64,000 bases of DNA from a bacterium. Its GTDB lineage: Bacteria > Verrucomicrobiota > Kiritimatiellia > CAIKKV01 > CAITUY01. The notes under the pieces are model-generated. The model worked only from the letters and a program-made list of their open reading frames with translations, searched no databases and was not told where the DNA came from. The stretch covers positions 9,191 through 73,190 of the forward strand of contig JBAXDB010000001.1 of NCBI GenBank assembly GCA_037141135.1. The letters are read 5' to 3'. A program made the translations under genes and the position numbers. Below, piece by piece: positions 1 to 9,285 of this stretch (position 1 is its first letter; every line of letters starts with the position of its first letter).

Positions 1-2716
1 GCGTTTCCGCGCCGTGGGATCCACATGGGCCTGGGTCGGTAACAGCATATAGGCATAGGCCTTGTGCTTGGAGCGTCCGACCCGGCCTCGCAATTGATAG
101 AGTTCCGCAAGCCCGAAGCGGTCTGCGCGGTCAATTAGAATGGTATTGGCATTGGGAATGTCCAGCCCGCTTTCGATAATGGTGGTGCAAAGCAGGACAT
201 CGAATTCACCTTGTGAGAATTCGCGCATGATCTCTTCCAACGCGCCCGCTGCCAACTGGCCGTGGCCAACCCCAATCCGGGCTTCGGGAACCAGGCGCTG
301 GATCCGTTCGCGCAACCGTTCAATACTATGTACCCTGTTATGCAGGAAGAAGACCTGGCCCTCCCGGTTCAACTCACGCAGGATGGCCTCGCGTATAACC
401 GCATCGGAGTCGGGTGTAACGATGGTTTCAACAGCCAGCCGGTCCTGGGGCGGCGTCTGGATGGTACTCAAATCCCTGGCCCCGGTCATGCTCATGTAAA
501 GCGTGCGGGGTATCGGAGTGGCGGTGAGGGTCAGGACGTCCACCAGCCGTCGGATATGTTTGAAGCGTTCCTTGTGGAGAACACCGAACTTCTGTTCCTC
601 ATCAATGATTACCAACCCGAGATCCTTGAAGGCAATCGTCGGTTGAATCAAGGCATGCGTGCCGATCACGATATCTACCTTGCCCTCCGCCAGACCCTGA
701 ATCACGCGACTGCTTTCACCGCGGGTGCAGAAGCGGCTGAGCATTTCGATCCGGATGGGAAAGGGGGCCATGCGCTCGGTGAAGGTCTGGAAATGCTGCT
801 GGGCAAGAATGGTGGTGGGGACGAGGACAGCAACCTGTTTGCCGGCCATGACGGCCTTGAACGCCAGACGGATGGCCACTTCGGTCTTTCCATAGCCCGC
901 ATCACCACACAGGAGTCGATCCATGGGCCGTTTGGACTCCATATCCTTTTTCGCTTCCCGGATGGCCGATTCCTGGTCATCGGTTTCCTGATAAGGGAAC
1001 GAGGCTTCAAGTTCATGTTGCCAGGGGTTATCCGGTGGAAACGCGAAACCTTCCTGGGAATCCCGGGCCGCCTGAATTTCGAGCAGGGAGGATGCCATGT
1101 CCTGCACCGCATGCTGGGCGGCGAGTTTCTCGTGAATCCAGCGTTTTCCGCCAAGCTGGTGCAGTGCGACCGAGTGTTTACCCACGCCCACATAGCGGGT
1201 CAGAAGATGGGCATGAGCGACTGGGACATATAGCTTGGCGCCTTCGGCGTATTCAATGCACAACGCTTCCTGAAGCTGGTTGCCCACGGTAATTTCACGC
1301 AAGCCGAGGTACCGGCCAACGCCATGATCGATATGCACCACCAGATGGCCCGGTTCCATGTCCGTCCAATCTGTAATTCTGGCACCCCAGCCTGTCTGAG
1401 TCTTGCGGGTGGGCATACGTTTCCGCTGAATCTTGCGGCCATAAAGGTCCGGTTCGGCCACAACCATCAGATTGAACTCGGCACTTGCGAAGCCACCGGT
1501 CAGCGGTGCCATGATGATATCCGGTTTGGACCCCGTGAAGATTGGAGCGTAAACGTCTTCAAAACGGGCATGAGTCCCTTCACTATCAAAGAAGAAAGCC
1601 GTCCTGGTGCCGTTGGCGAGGCTTGAGGCAGTGGTGGTTAGAAAACGGCGGCGGCTGGTCTCAATGGCATCCGGATGCAGGACGTGCCGGCCGGTAATGG
1701 AGGGGAGGGGCTCCACGGGTTGAAAATCAAGCGAGAGCAGGGGACAGGTCTCATCCGGGCGGGAGCCCATGAAGACCTGTCGCAAGGCCGGGCGTGCCAA
1801 CAGGGCGGCCTCCATGGCGGCGAGTCGTTCGACATAGGCGCCAGCTTTGGCTTCCCTAACGGCTTCCTCGTAAATGGCGGCGTGAGACAGGATGGAGTCC
1901 TTATCAGCCCACACGACAATCATATCATGGTCCCCTCCTTGGAGGGGTAAGGGGTGGGTTCTCCTTTTCAAGTGGTCAAATAGAAACGCGCGATTCTCCG
2001 CCTTGGCGCGCAGGAGTATCCATTCGCTGGCGGGTGGGAGGATGGCCTCCGTCACCGGGGCCAGAGAGCGTTGTTCGGCGGGGTCAAAGGTGCGGAGCGA
2101 CTCTACCGTGGAACCGAAGAATTCGATACGCAGCGGCCAGGGACTGGTCAGTGGCCAGATATCGAGGATTCCCCCGCGCAGGGCGGCATCCCCTTGAAAC
2201 TGGACTTCAGCCGAGAAGGAATAGCCGCTCTGTTCCAGGTGAGTGATTAATTCAGTCGGGTCGACCTCATCGCCGGTTTTCAGGGTTCGGGTATGAGCCA
2301 AAAACGCCTCGCGCGACAAGGTCCGTTCCATGAGCGCCTGGGCGCAGGTGGCGATGACACGTGGTATGCCAGATACCAGTGAGGTCAAGGTGTCCAGACG
2401 GGCACCCATGACGCCAAGATCCGGTGAGGTGGCGGTGTTGGTGGGGAGCACCTCCCAACTCGGGAAGACGAGGGGTGGAAGGGTGTCGGGCGGGGTCAGG
2501 GATTGAAGATTGCGCGCCATCCACTCCAGAGTACGGGGACCGTCGGCGATCCATAGGACAGTTGAGTGTGACCAACGTGCAAGTTCCCAGACCAGCCAGG
2601 CTTCGGCGGCGGAGGGGACATCGGGAATATGAATGAGTTTAGCCCGGGAAAAAGCCTCCGCGAGCTTTGCTTGCAGTCGGCTTTCAATAGCTTTTTCCCA
2701 GAGAAAATAACTCATG
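1..2716 (-). CDS. mfd: transcription-repair coupling factor Mfd (3' end runs off left edge of window)
   Basis: The minus-strand frame is open from the ATG at 2716 to position 1; it is absent from the ORF track only because no stop lies in the window. The translation shows Mfd N-terminal domains, the helicase Walker [13 protein letters not shown], a DEEQ box ([10 protein letters not shown]), and [15 protein letters not shown] motif VI. Confidence 0.9.
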
Positions 2717-2792
2717 CTTCAATCATACCGGAAGAGAATAAGGCGGTCAAAGACGCTCTGTAACTGCAATCCTTGCCATTCTGGCTGGCTTC

Positions 2793-3089
2793 ATGCACAT
2801 TTGTGGCGTGCAAAAGGCCAAAAAGCGGAAGCCCTGGTTCTTATACCTCATTGAGTGTGAGGATAAGAGCATTTACACTGGCATCGCTGTGGATGTCACA
2901 GCACGTTATGCTGCTCACCAAAAGGGGACGGGCGCCCGTTACATGCGCGCTCATCCTCCGCGAAAGCTGCTGGCGGTGGTCGAATATACCAGTCGTTCCG
3001 CCGCCTCGCAGGCTGAGTATATGATCAAGCAAATGACGGCAGGGCAGAAGAGGGACTTTGCACGTAGTGCAAAGTCAGTGGGCAGTTGA
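2793..3089 (+). CDS. GIY-YIG domain nuclease family protein (UPF0213/YhbQ-like)
   Basis: WFLYLIECEDKSIYTGIAVDVTARYAAHQKG is a GIY-YIG signature. It is a 98 aa protein whose stop codon lies inside the heptamer repeat array. Confidence 0.75.
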   Translation: MHICGVQKAKKRKPWFLYLIECEDKSIYTGIAVDVTARYAAHQKGTGARYMRAHPPRKLLAVVEYTSRSAASQAEYMIKQMTAGQKRDFARSAKSVGS

Positions 3090-3181
3090 CAGTAGGCAGT
3101 TAGCAGTATGCAGTTGCCCATTCTTAGTTCTGGTATTTAATTTTTGCCTACTGCCCACTGCCTACTGCTTACTGTCAACTG
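3076..3181. repeat. inverted arrays of tandem heptamers (CAGTNNN x6, 29-nt AT-rich loop, NNNACTG x5), probably a bidirectional terminator between convergent genes
   Basis: Direct reading gives cagtggg cagttga cagtagg cagttag cagtatg cagttgc, then a loop, then cctactg cccactg cctactg cttactg tcaactg. The two arms are reverse complements of each other. The stop codons of both flanking CDSs fall inside the arms. Confidence 0.7.
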
Positions 3182-4037
3182 GCATAATCTGAGCCACCAT
3201 CTCAATATTCAGGTTCTGGCGCTGGCCGGATCGATCTACACCGATCAGAAAGCGGGAATAAAACTCCTGGTTCTGGCCACCCCCACCGATGGTGAAGGGG
3301 ACCCCATCACTAACGACCACTTCCGTGCTGAGCGTTTCAAAACGGGTGCGATAGGGTGAATTATCCACAAGGCCGCTCAGTTCAGGTGTGAGTTTGACCC
3401 GAATCATCGGTCCATCACCGATGACAGTAGGTTCTATGACCAGATAGGAGCCTACTCGCTGCCATTTCACCTGTTGTTCGATAATCCGGTGATGGAAGCC
3501 GTATTCCATGATCCAGTCGATATAAGGAACGTCCTCACCAATGGAAAGCGAGGCTTGTTTTCCGCTGATGACCATCAGCTGTTGCCGGGTATTTGAGCTG
3601 GTGGAGCTGTGTTGGTCGATCACAGATGGGGTGATGTGAATAGTGGATCGCATGCCGCCTTGTCCGGAATGTATGATGCGTCCGCTCCCTGCCACAGAGG
3701 CTCCCGATCGATCGCTATCGCCGGTTCCCTTGAAGGTAACCGTGACGCTAACATTTTTCTGCGGGACATTTAGTTGTTTAACCATCATGGCGATCGTGGC
3801 GTGTTGGTTGCTGGAGGCGAGTACCAGAAGTTGGCGGGTACTCCGGTCATAGACGACATGGATATCATTTCCCAGCATCCCTTTGATCATTTCAATGGAA
3901 CTCGGACCATCGGCAAATCCGAGGGGGTAAGCCTTGAATTCCGGAGTGGTTGTGATGATGTTGGTGGTTGCCCAAGTTGGTATGATCAGCCCCATTAATA
4001 AGATGATACAAAGACCCAGCAGTAATTGTGTTTTCAC
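3162..4037 (-). CDS. secreted mini-secretin-like protein (secretin N-domain plus short secretin-type C-domain), orphan
   Basis: It has an N-terminal signal peptide (MKTQLLLGLCIILLMGLIIPTWA). The region LVLASSNQHATIAMMVKQLNVP resembles secretin N domains. The C-terminal TEVVVSDGVPFTIGGGGQ resembles the conserved secretin core. At 291 aa it is far shorter than GspD or PilQ. Confidence 0.45.
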   Translation of the reverse strand: MKTQLLLGLCIILLMGLIIPTWATTNIITTTPEFKAYPLGFADGPSSIEMIKGMLGNDIHVVYDRSTRQLLVLASSNQHATIAMMVKQLNVPQKNVSVTVTFKGTGDSDRSGASVAGSGRIIHSGQGGMRSTIHITPSVIDQHSSTSSNTRQQLMVISGKQASLSIGEDVPYIDWIMEYGFHHRIIEQQVKWQRVGSYLVIEPTVIGDGPMIRVKLTPELSGLVDNSPYRTRFETLSTEVVVSDGVPFTIGGGGQNQEFYSRFLIGVDRSGQRQNLNIEMVAQIMPVDSKQ

Positions 4038-4213
4038 GTGTCGCCTCCCTTGCTGGTGTCATTATCATCCTGTTCCAGCGGTGAAGCAATGTCTTTTCCA
4101 TCGATGTGAAAAGTCGGCACGATCTGTGTAGCTGCCGCTCTGTGAGCGGCAAGGCCAGTGAGTGGGGACGTTTTTGGTTCGAGTTTTTAAATACGCTCCT
4201 ATACTCTGCCGTT

Positions 4214-4912
4214 ATGAATTTGCAGCATGGCATATTTGTTACTGGAACGGATACGGCTGTGGGAAAAACCTTTGTATCTGCGGGGATCCTTGCGGTCTTC
4301 AGGGCGGCGGGCAGGAATGTGGTGCCGATGAAGCCGGTCCAGACCGGGTGTCAATTGAGAAAAGGCACCTTGATCCCACCAGATTTGATGGTTTCACTTA
4401 AGGCTGGGGGCTTGCGCGTTTCTGCAGCCGACAGGGCAGATATGGCTCCGTACTGCTTTAAGCCCGCTTGCTCGCCTCATTTAGCTGCCAAATTGGCTGG
4501 CACGCGCATTTCCTTGAAACGCATTGAGATTGCCTACCGGCGTTTGAGTCGCAAATATGACGGGATAATTGTTGAGGGAGCCGGTGGAGTCCTGGTGCCA
4601 TTGAATGCGAAGGAAACCATGCTGGACCTGATGGTTCGACTGCAGCTTCCTGTCTTACTGGTGGCTAGACCCGGCCTGGGCACCATCAATCACACACTGC
4701 TCTCGCTGCGGGTTCTTGCTGAAGCCAAATTGAAGGTATTAGGCGTGGTTCTGAATCAAACTTCACCGGGCCGATGGGGCCAGATTGAAGAGGATAACCG
4801 CCGTACGATTGAGCGCATGGGAAACGTCAAGGTACTGGCCTGTATCAGAATTCAACGCTCACCTGCGACACGAGGTCGCAGGGATCCTAAACCTTGGCGG
4901 CGTATTCCTTGA
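4214..4912 (+). CDS. bioD: dethiobiotin synthetase
   Basis: GIFVTGTDTAVGKT is a P-loop, and IIVEGAGG and the LVARPGLGTINHT motifs follow. The ATG at 4214 is preferred over the upstream ORF-track start at 4106. The 3' end overlaps the convergent downstream gene. Confidence 0.85.
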   Translation: MNLQHGIFVTGTDTAVGKTFVSAGILAVFRAAGRNVVPMKPVQTGCQLRKGTLIPPDLMVSLKAGGLRVSAADRADMAPYCFKPACSPHLAAKLAGTRISLKRIEIAYRRLSRKYDGIIVEGAGGVLVPLNAKETMLDLMVRLQLPVLLVARPGLGTINHTLLSLRVLAEAKLKVLGVVLNQTSPGRWGQIEEDNRRTIERMGNVKVLACIRIQRSPATRGRRDPKPWRRIP

Positions 4913-5894
4913 AAAGCCGGACGTAGGTCTTGTAGTTCTCGAAAGAGACACCGGGCGGGGTCTGGTGGTCGACGGATGCTATGAAGCCGCCGGACCGCAT
5001 CACCGGCAGCAGCCGCTCAAACTCGGCGCGCATGGCCGCCTCGTCCCGCGACAGGACCATCTTGTCGTATCCGCCTAACATCAGAAACTTCGGATGATTG
5101 CGGCGGATGCGCGCCACGTCTACGCCGGACTGCCGCTCCAGGGGATACACCCCCTGCACCCCAACCTCTTCCAGCCAGGGGATCATCCCCTCCAGCTGGC
5201 CGTCCGTGTCCACCAGCACATTGATCCCGTGCCGCCGGATGACCGGCACCACCTGGCGGTAGTAGGGCGCAAGGAATTCGTCGAATGTCTCCTTCGAGAG
5301 CATGGGGCCGTTGTTGTAGGACATGTCCTCCGCAATCCCGACCATGTCCGGCTTGAAATTCTGAAGCAAGGCCTCGAGCGTCCGCAAATGGAACGCGGCC
5401 AGGTCCCGGTTGATGCGGTGCATCAGCTCCGGGGTATCGTAGAAGGCGTAAAGATGCTGTTCGATCCCCAGCAGGGTGCGCGGCCACCAGAAGAAGCCAT
5501 CGAGCCAAAGGCGGATAGCCACCTCGCCGCGGTCATGCCTGGCCTTCAACGTCCCGGCCCGCTTGACGAGCGATTCGATCGAAGCGTCCGGGTACAAGTG
5601 CGGCAGGATGGCGTCGTAGGAGGCCTCGTTCGTGATGATGCCGGCACCGTGGTGCGCCGCTCTGGGGCAATCCTGCGTGGTCATCGCCGCACAGATGTTG
5701 ATGAGCACATCCAGCCCGAAATGCCGGATCGACGCCTCCCAGTCCAGATCGGCAGGAAAGCCCTCGCGCTTCCAGCGGTCGGTGGTCTCACCCCACCAGG
5801 CCGCCCATTCAAGCATGGGATGGCGATCCACCGGCTGGAAGTTCATCACGGCCAGAAACCGTTCGCGTTCAGTCATGGGCAGCTTACTTGTCAT
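4887..5894 (-). CDS. uroporphyrinogen decarboxylase (URO-D) family protein (MtaA/CmuA-like methyltransferase-fold)
   Basis: Length and motifs (ERERFLAVMNFQPVDRHP...GGYDK) fit the URO-D/MtaA family. The start is placed at the ATG at 5894, which is preceded by a GGAGA RBS; the ORF track extends to a TTG at 5945. Confidence 0.7.
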   Translation of the reverse strand: MTSKLPMTERERFLAVMNFQPVDRHPMLEWAAWWGETTDRWKREGFPADLDWEASIRHFGLDVLINICAAMTTQDCPRAAHHGAGIITNEASYDAILPHLYPDASIESLVKRAGTLKARHDRGEVAIRLWLDGFFWWPRTLLGIEQHLYAFYDTPELMHRINRDLAAFHLRTLEALLQNFKPDMVGIAEDMSYNNGPMLSKETFDEFLAPYYRQVVPVIRRHGINVLVDTDGQLEGMIPWLEEVGVQGVYPLERQSGVDVARIRRNHPKFLMLGGYDKMVLSRDEAAMRAEFERLLPVMRSGGFIASVDHQTPPGVSFENYKTYVRLFKEYAAKV

Positions 5895-6005
5895 GGACTC
5901 ATCTCCTCTTGTGTTGACAGGCAATATCGGATATCTATCAGACAATAACTAGGCGTATATTATCCTTACGTATGGACAATATTATCTTTTAGGAGGGACT
6001 TGGCG

Positions 6006-6941
6006 ATGTCGGTAAAGAATATCCGGATTAAAGGCAGAAGTCTGCCGACCTTGGCACAAATCGGGTTGGCAACGCAATGGTTCCCCCATTATACGAACGA
6101 CAAGCTGATAACCCACCGGCTTGATGTGGTGCTGTTGAGCTTCATTATACGCGGATCCGGCGAGCATTTGATTGATGACCGCCGGTATCCATTTCAGGGG
6201 CCAAGTATCGGGATTACGCATCTAGCCCAAACGCATTGCATCCTCTCTGGCGCCGAGCCTCTTGACATCATGAACATCTACCTGGATCTGGAGCGCTTGC
6301 GACTCCCTGAACTACCGGAGCCCTTGCAGGAGATGGTTACCCGGCTACTGCCACTGAATGCCCGGTTTGTCAACCGCCTCAACCGGGTGCAGCAGCTGGA
6401 TTTGCCGCCGGACTCGGTATTGCCGGAGGTGGCGCAATGGCTGAACCGCGAATTGACCCGGCAACCCCTGGGATGGGAGGGCATGGTGGCGGGGTATTGG
6501 CAGGTCTTCCTCACGGAACTATGCCGCACCGCCTGTTCAACAGGCTTGAAGGCACCGCCCGACCTGCACCCATCGACGGGTCGGCTGGACACGGTTCGCA
6601 CCTTCATTGACCAACATTTCAGGGAGCCTTTATCACTCGCAAAACTGGCCAAGGTGGCAGGGTTGAGTCCCACCTATCTCTGCCGCGCTTTCCGCGCCTA
6701 TGCGGGCAAATCCCTTTTCACTTATTTGCTGGACCGCCGCATCCAGACCGCCATGCTGCGGTTGCGGCAAACTGATGACAAAGTGATCCGGATCGCCCAT
6801 GAAGTCGGCTTCAACGACCTGAGCTACTTCAACCGGTGTTTTAAGCGGCAATGCGGAAGCTCCCCTCGGACCTACCGCCTCACCGGCGGCAGGCGGGGTC
6901 GCAAAATTGGTCACGTCGAGAGCGATTGTTCTTCTGGCTAA
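6006..6941 (+). CDS. AraC family transcriptional regulator (cupin-like N-domain plus HTH_AraC)
   Basis: The C-terminal KLAKVAGLSPTYLCRAFRAYAGKS...IAHEVGFNDLSYFNRCFKRQCGSSP is a classic AraC dual-HTH. It is divergent from the URO-D-family gene. The ATG at 6006 follows an AGGAGGGA RBS. Confidence 0.85.
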   Translation: MSVKNIRIKGRSLPTLAQIGLATQWFPHYTNDKLITHRLDVVLLSFIIRGSGEHLIDDRRYPFQGPSIGITHLAQTHCILSGAEPLDIMNIYLDLERLRLPELPEPLQEMVTRLLPLNARFVNRLNRVQQLDLPPDSVLPEVAQWLNRELTRQPLGWEGMVAGYWQVFLTELCRTACSTGLKAPPDLHPSTGRLDTVRTFIDQHFREPLSLAKLAKVAGLSPTYLCRAFRAYAGKSLFTYLLDRRIQTAMLRLRQTDDKVIRIAHEVGFNDLSYFNRCFKRQCGSSPRTYRLTGGRRGRKIGHVESDCSSG

Positions 6942-6959
6942 AGAAATTCACACGTAATC

Positions 6960-8108
6960 TCAGGGATTGATGCGGTTGATCTGGGTGCCGGGTGGGGCCT
7001 CGATGGTGAGGTAGCCGTCCAGTTCGGAGAATTTCCCCTTGGGGATGCAGGTGAAGCGAAATAGATTCACCCCGTTGGTTTGGCTCCAGGTGGCGCTGTG
7101 ACGAATGCGGTTCCAGGGCCAACCAAACCCCTGAACTTCGCCAGTAATGATAATGCGATCTGAATGAGCCGCTGAGGGCTTCTGCTCAACAATGCAAAAA
7201 TCGGGATAGGGGTGTCCGGGTTTTTCGACAACCAACTCCACAATGGGACTGCCACCTTTTGGAATCACTTCGTTGTAGTAAATCTCTGCAAACGAGGGCG
7301 TGCTAAGCAGGACGGCCCCGATCGTCGCAATGCCCAGTGGCGGGGCCACCCAAAGCAACCATTTGGACCGCCAGATTGATTTATCAAGTGTGACGGAAGG
7401 GTAATCTTCATGAAAAGGGATGTTCATGACAAAGTAATAGATTGCCCAAGCTGCAAGGCAGGGAAAGACCGCTGACCAGAGAACGTCGGATGCGAAATGG
7501 GCGCCTGCTGCCATGCGGGCTATTCCAATGACGGTTCCGTAAACCATGGCTCCGGCCAGGAGGGAAAACCGGATGAGCCTTTTCCGGCGACGTGCTAGAA
7601 AATAGAGAACTATGAAATAATATCCCATTGAACTGTGGCCGCAGGGGAACGATTTGCCTCGGCCGCCAGTGCCCTTTTCATGGAAGCACTGGTATTCCAT
7701 CCGCCCGCCGAATTCCGAAACCATTTTGGGCCGAGGCCGTCCCCAATGATCCTTGAAGACCGTGTTGACCAGAAAGCCTGGGCCGATGACCAGTGTCAGA
7801 AAGATGAAAGCCGCATGACGACGCCATGGCGTTAAGGAGGGGCGATATCGAACCACGACGAGAAAGCCCAGTCCTGCCAGTGCCGTGATGAGCGCGGGGA
7901 TGGTGCCAAAAGTGTAGAGAAACCGAAAGAAGCCATTGAATTCAAGAGGCCAGGCATGAGGCAGCCCCGGGTGATAAAACCAGGATAATATTTTAAGATC
8001 TAGCCTGGGCGTCAAAAATGGAACTACCGCCAGCAGGGTAAGCAGAAGTATCCACGCCAGATCGGGGATCCATAGTCTGCGATAACGGGATGAAGGAGAT
8101 TCAATCAC
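6960..8108 (-). CDS. PAP2 superfamily phosphatase (LpxE/LpxF/PgpB-like) with an extra ~150 aa C-terminal domain
   Basis: All three PAP2 motifs are present: KDHWGRPRP, SFPCGHSS and GAHFASDV. It is multi-TM, and about 150 aa of C-terminal sequence lie beyond the PAP2 core. Confidence 0.8.
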   Translation of the reverse strand: MIESPSSRYRRLWIPDLAWILLLTLLAVVPFLTPRLDLKILSWFYHPGLPHAWPLEFNGFFRFLYTFGTIPALITALAGLGFLVVVRYRPSLTPWRRHAAFIFLTLVIGPGFLVNTVFKDHWGRPRPKMVSEFGGRMEYQCFHEKGTGGRGKSFPCGHSSMGYYFIVLYFLARRRKRLIRFSLLAGAMVYGTVIGIARMAAGAHFASDVLWSAVFPCLAAWAIYYFVMNIPFHEDYPSVTLDKSIWRSKWLLWVAPPLGIATIGAVLLSTPSFAEIYYNEVIPKGGSPIVELVVEKPGHPYPDFCIVEQKPSAAHSDRIIITGEVQGFGWPWNRIRHSATWSQTNGVNLFRFTCIPKGKFSELDGYLTIEAPPGTQINRINP

Positions 8109-9231
8109 AGCGGTTGATTAGGAACAGGCCAAGACCGGTGGCCAGCACCACGGGTATCCATAATATCAAGTGGGGCTGGGTCCAGGGATACTTGGTCAGG
8201 GTTTCGGCTACAATAACGAAAAGATAGAAAGAGAAAATGAGGCCCAGACTGATGCCGATGCCGATCGTAGTTTCCTGCCGATGGGTTTTGGAGGCAAGAG
8301 GAGCGCCGAGCAGGACGAAGACAAAACAGGATATGGCCATCACGATCCGTTTATTGAATTCCACCTTGAGCGCCATGTCTTGCTTGGCCAGAGCCGCGTC
8401 ATCCATTTCTGGAAAAAAGTTTTTGAGATTGCCGCGGATTTCCATGATTTCCAGCATGGACATGTCGCTTTTCCGTTTCACCTTTTTTGAATTATTCGCG
8501 CCCGTCAGACGAGAAAGATCAATGGAATAAGGGAAATGGCTGGCTGTGCCCGCGCCTGGTCGATCTTCGTAAAACGGGTCAATCCGGACATCGTACAGGT
8601 CAATCAAGATGCTCTTTTTGTCTTCTGCTGTACAGACCAAACCGGAGCGGGCCCGGATCTCGCGGGAAGGCGAATTATTCTGCGGGGCCTGATAGATGAT
8701 GATGTCTTCAATTTTATTGTCACGTTTGCTGCCGATATAGAAGGTCATACCCGAGAAATCCCGGATGGGGCGGCCTTCCTCAATCAATTGCAGGGGGGAT
8801 TCCATCCCCAACTGCTGCAGGGCCTCGCGGCGCATGTGATAGCTTTCCGGGATCAAATCGGCATTGAGGTAGAGGCACACTGCGGACATCAGGACGGCAA
8901 AGAGGATGGGTTGTCTCATGATCTGCAGCATCCGGATACCGCTGCTTTTCATGGCTGTGATTTCGCCGTTGGCAGAGAGCTTGCCAAAAGTGAGAAGCGC
9001 TGCCGTGATGATGCTGAAAGGGATTGAGAACCCGATGGCGGAGGGGAGCCCGGCGAGGAAAATCTTTCCAATCAGATAAATCGAGCCGCCCATGGCGATG
9101 GCATCCGCAATGCGGAAAAGGACCATGACGCACATGACAAATGTCAGTACGAGCAGGGTCATCACGAAGGTGACCAGATAGCTGTCGCGAACGTATCGTG
9201 AAACAATGCGCAAGTCAGGAAATCTCCTCAA
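8101..9231 (-). CDS. LptF/LptG family LPS export permease (YjgP/YjgQ)
   Basis: The topology is N-terminal TM helices, a periplasmic beta-jellyroll region, then C-terminal TM helices, at 376 aa. Its end overlaps the PAP2 gene by 8 nt. Confidence 0.75.
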   Translation of the reverse strand: MRRFPDLRIVSRYVRDSYLVTFVMTLLVLTFVMCVMVLFRIADAIAMGGSIYLIGKIFLAGLPSAIGFSIPFSIITAALLTFGKLSANGEITAMKSSGIRMLQIMRQPILFAVLMSAVCLYLNADLIPESYHMRREALQQLGMESPLQLIEEGRPIRDFSGMTFYIGSKRDNKIEDIIIYQAPQNNSPSREIRARSGLVCTAEDKKSILIDLYDVRIDPFYEDRPGAGTASHFPYSIDLSRLTGANNSKKVKRKSDMSMLEIMEIRGNLKNFFPEMDDAALAKQDMALKVEFNKRIVMAISCFVFVLLGAPLASKTHRQETTIGIGISLGLIFSFYLFVIVAETLTKYPWTQPHLILWIPVVLATGLGLFLINRCD

Positions 9232-9285
9232 AAGGTCCCGTTCTTATACTGGTGGAGAGGGGGCTAAGTCAACGCGGAAGGCGGG

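Noticed and set aside
262-1233. 323-aa plus-strand ORF and several short minus-strand ORFs in the first 2.7 kb
   Set aside because: They are antisense or out-of-frame relative to the clear Mfd reading frame on the minus strand, and the translations have no recognisable domains.
4106-4213. N-terminal 36-codon extension of bioD in the ORF track
   Set aside because: The conserved BioD N-terminus (GIFVTGTDTAVGKT) begins right after the ATG at 4214. The extension has no homology and would overlap the promoter region.
5094-5948. 284-aa plus-strand ORF
   Set aside because: It is antisense to the URO-D family gene.
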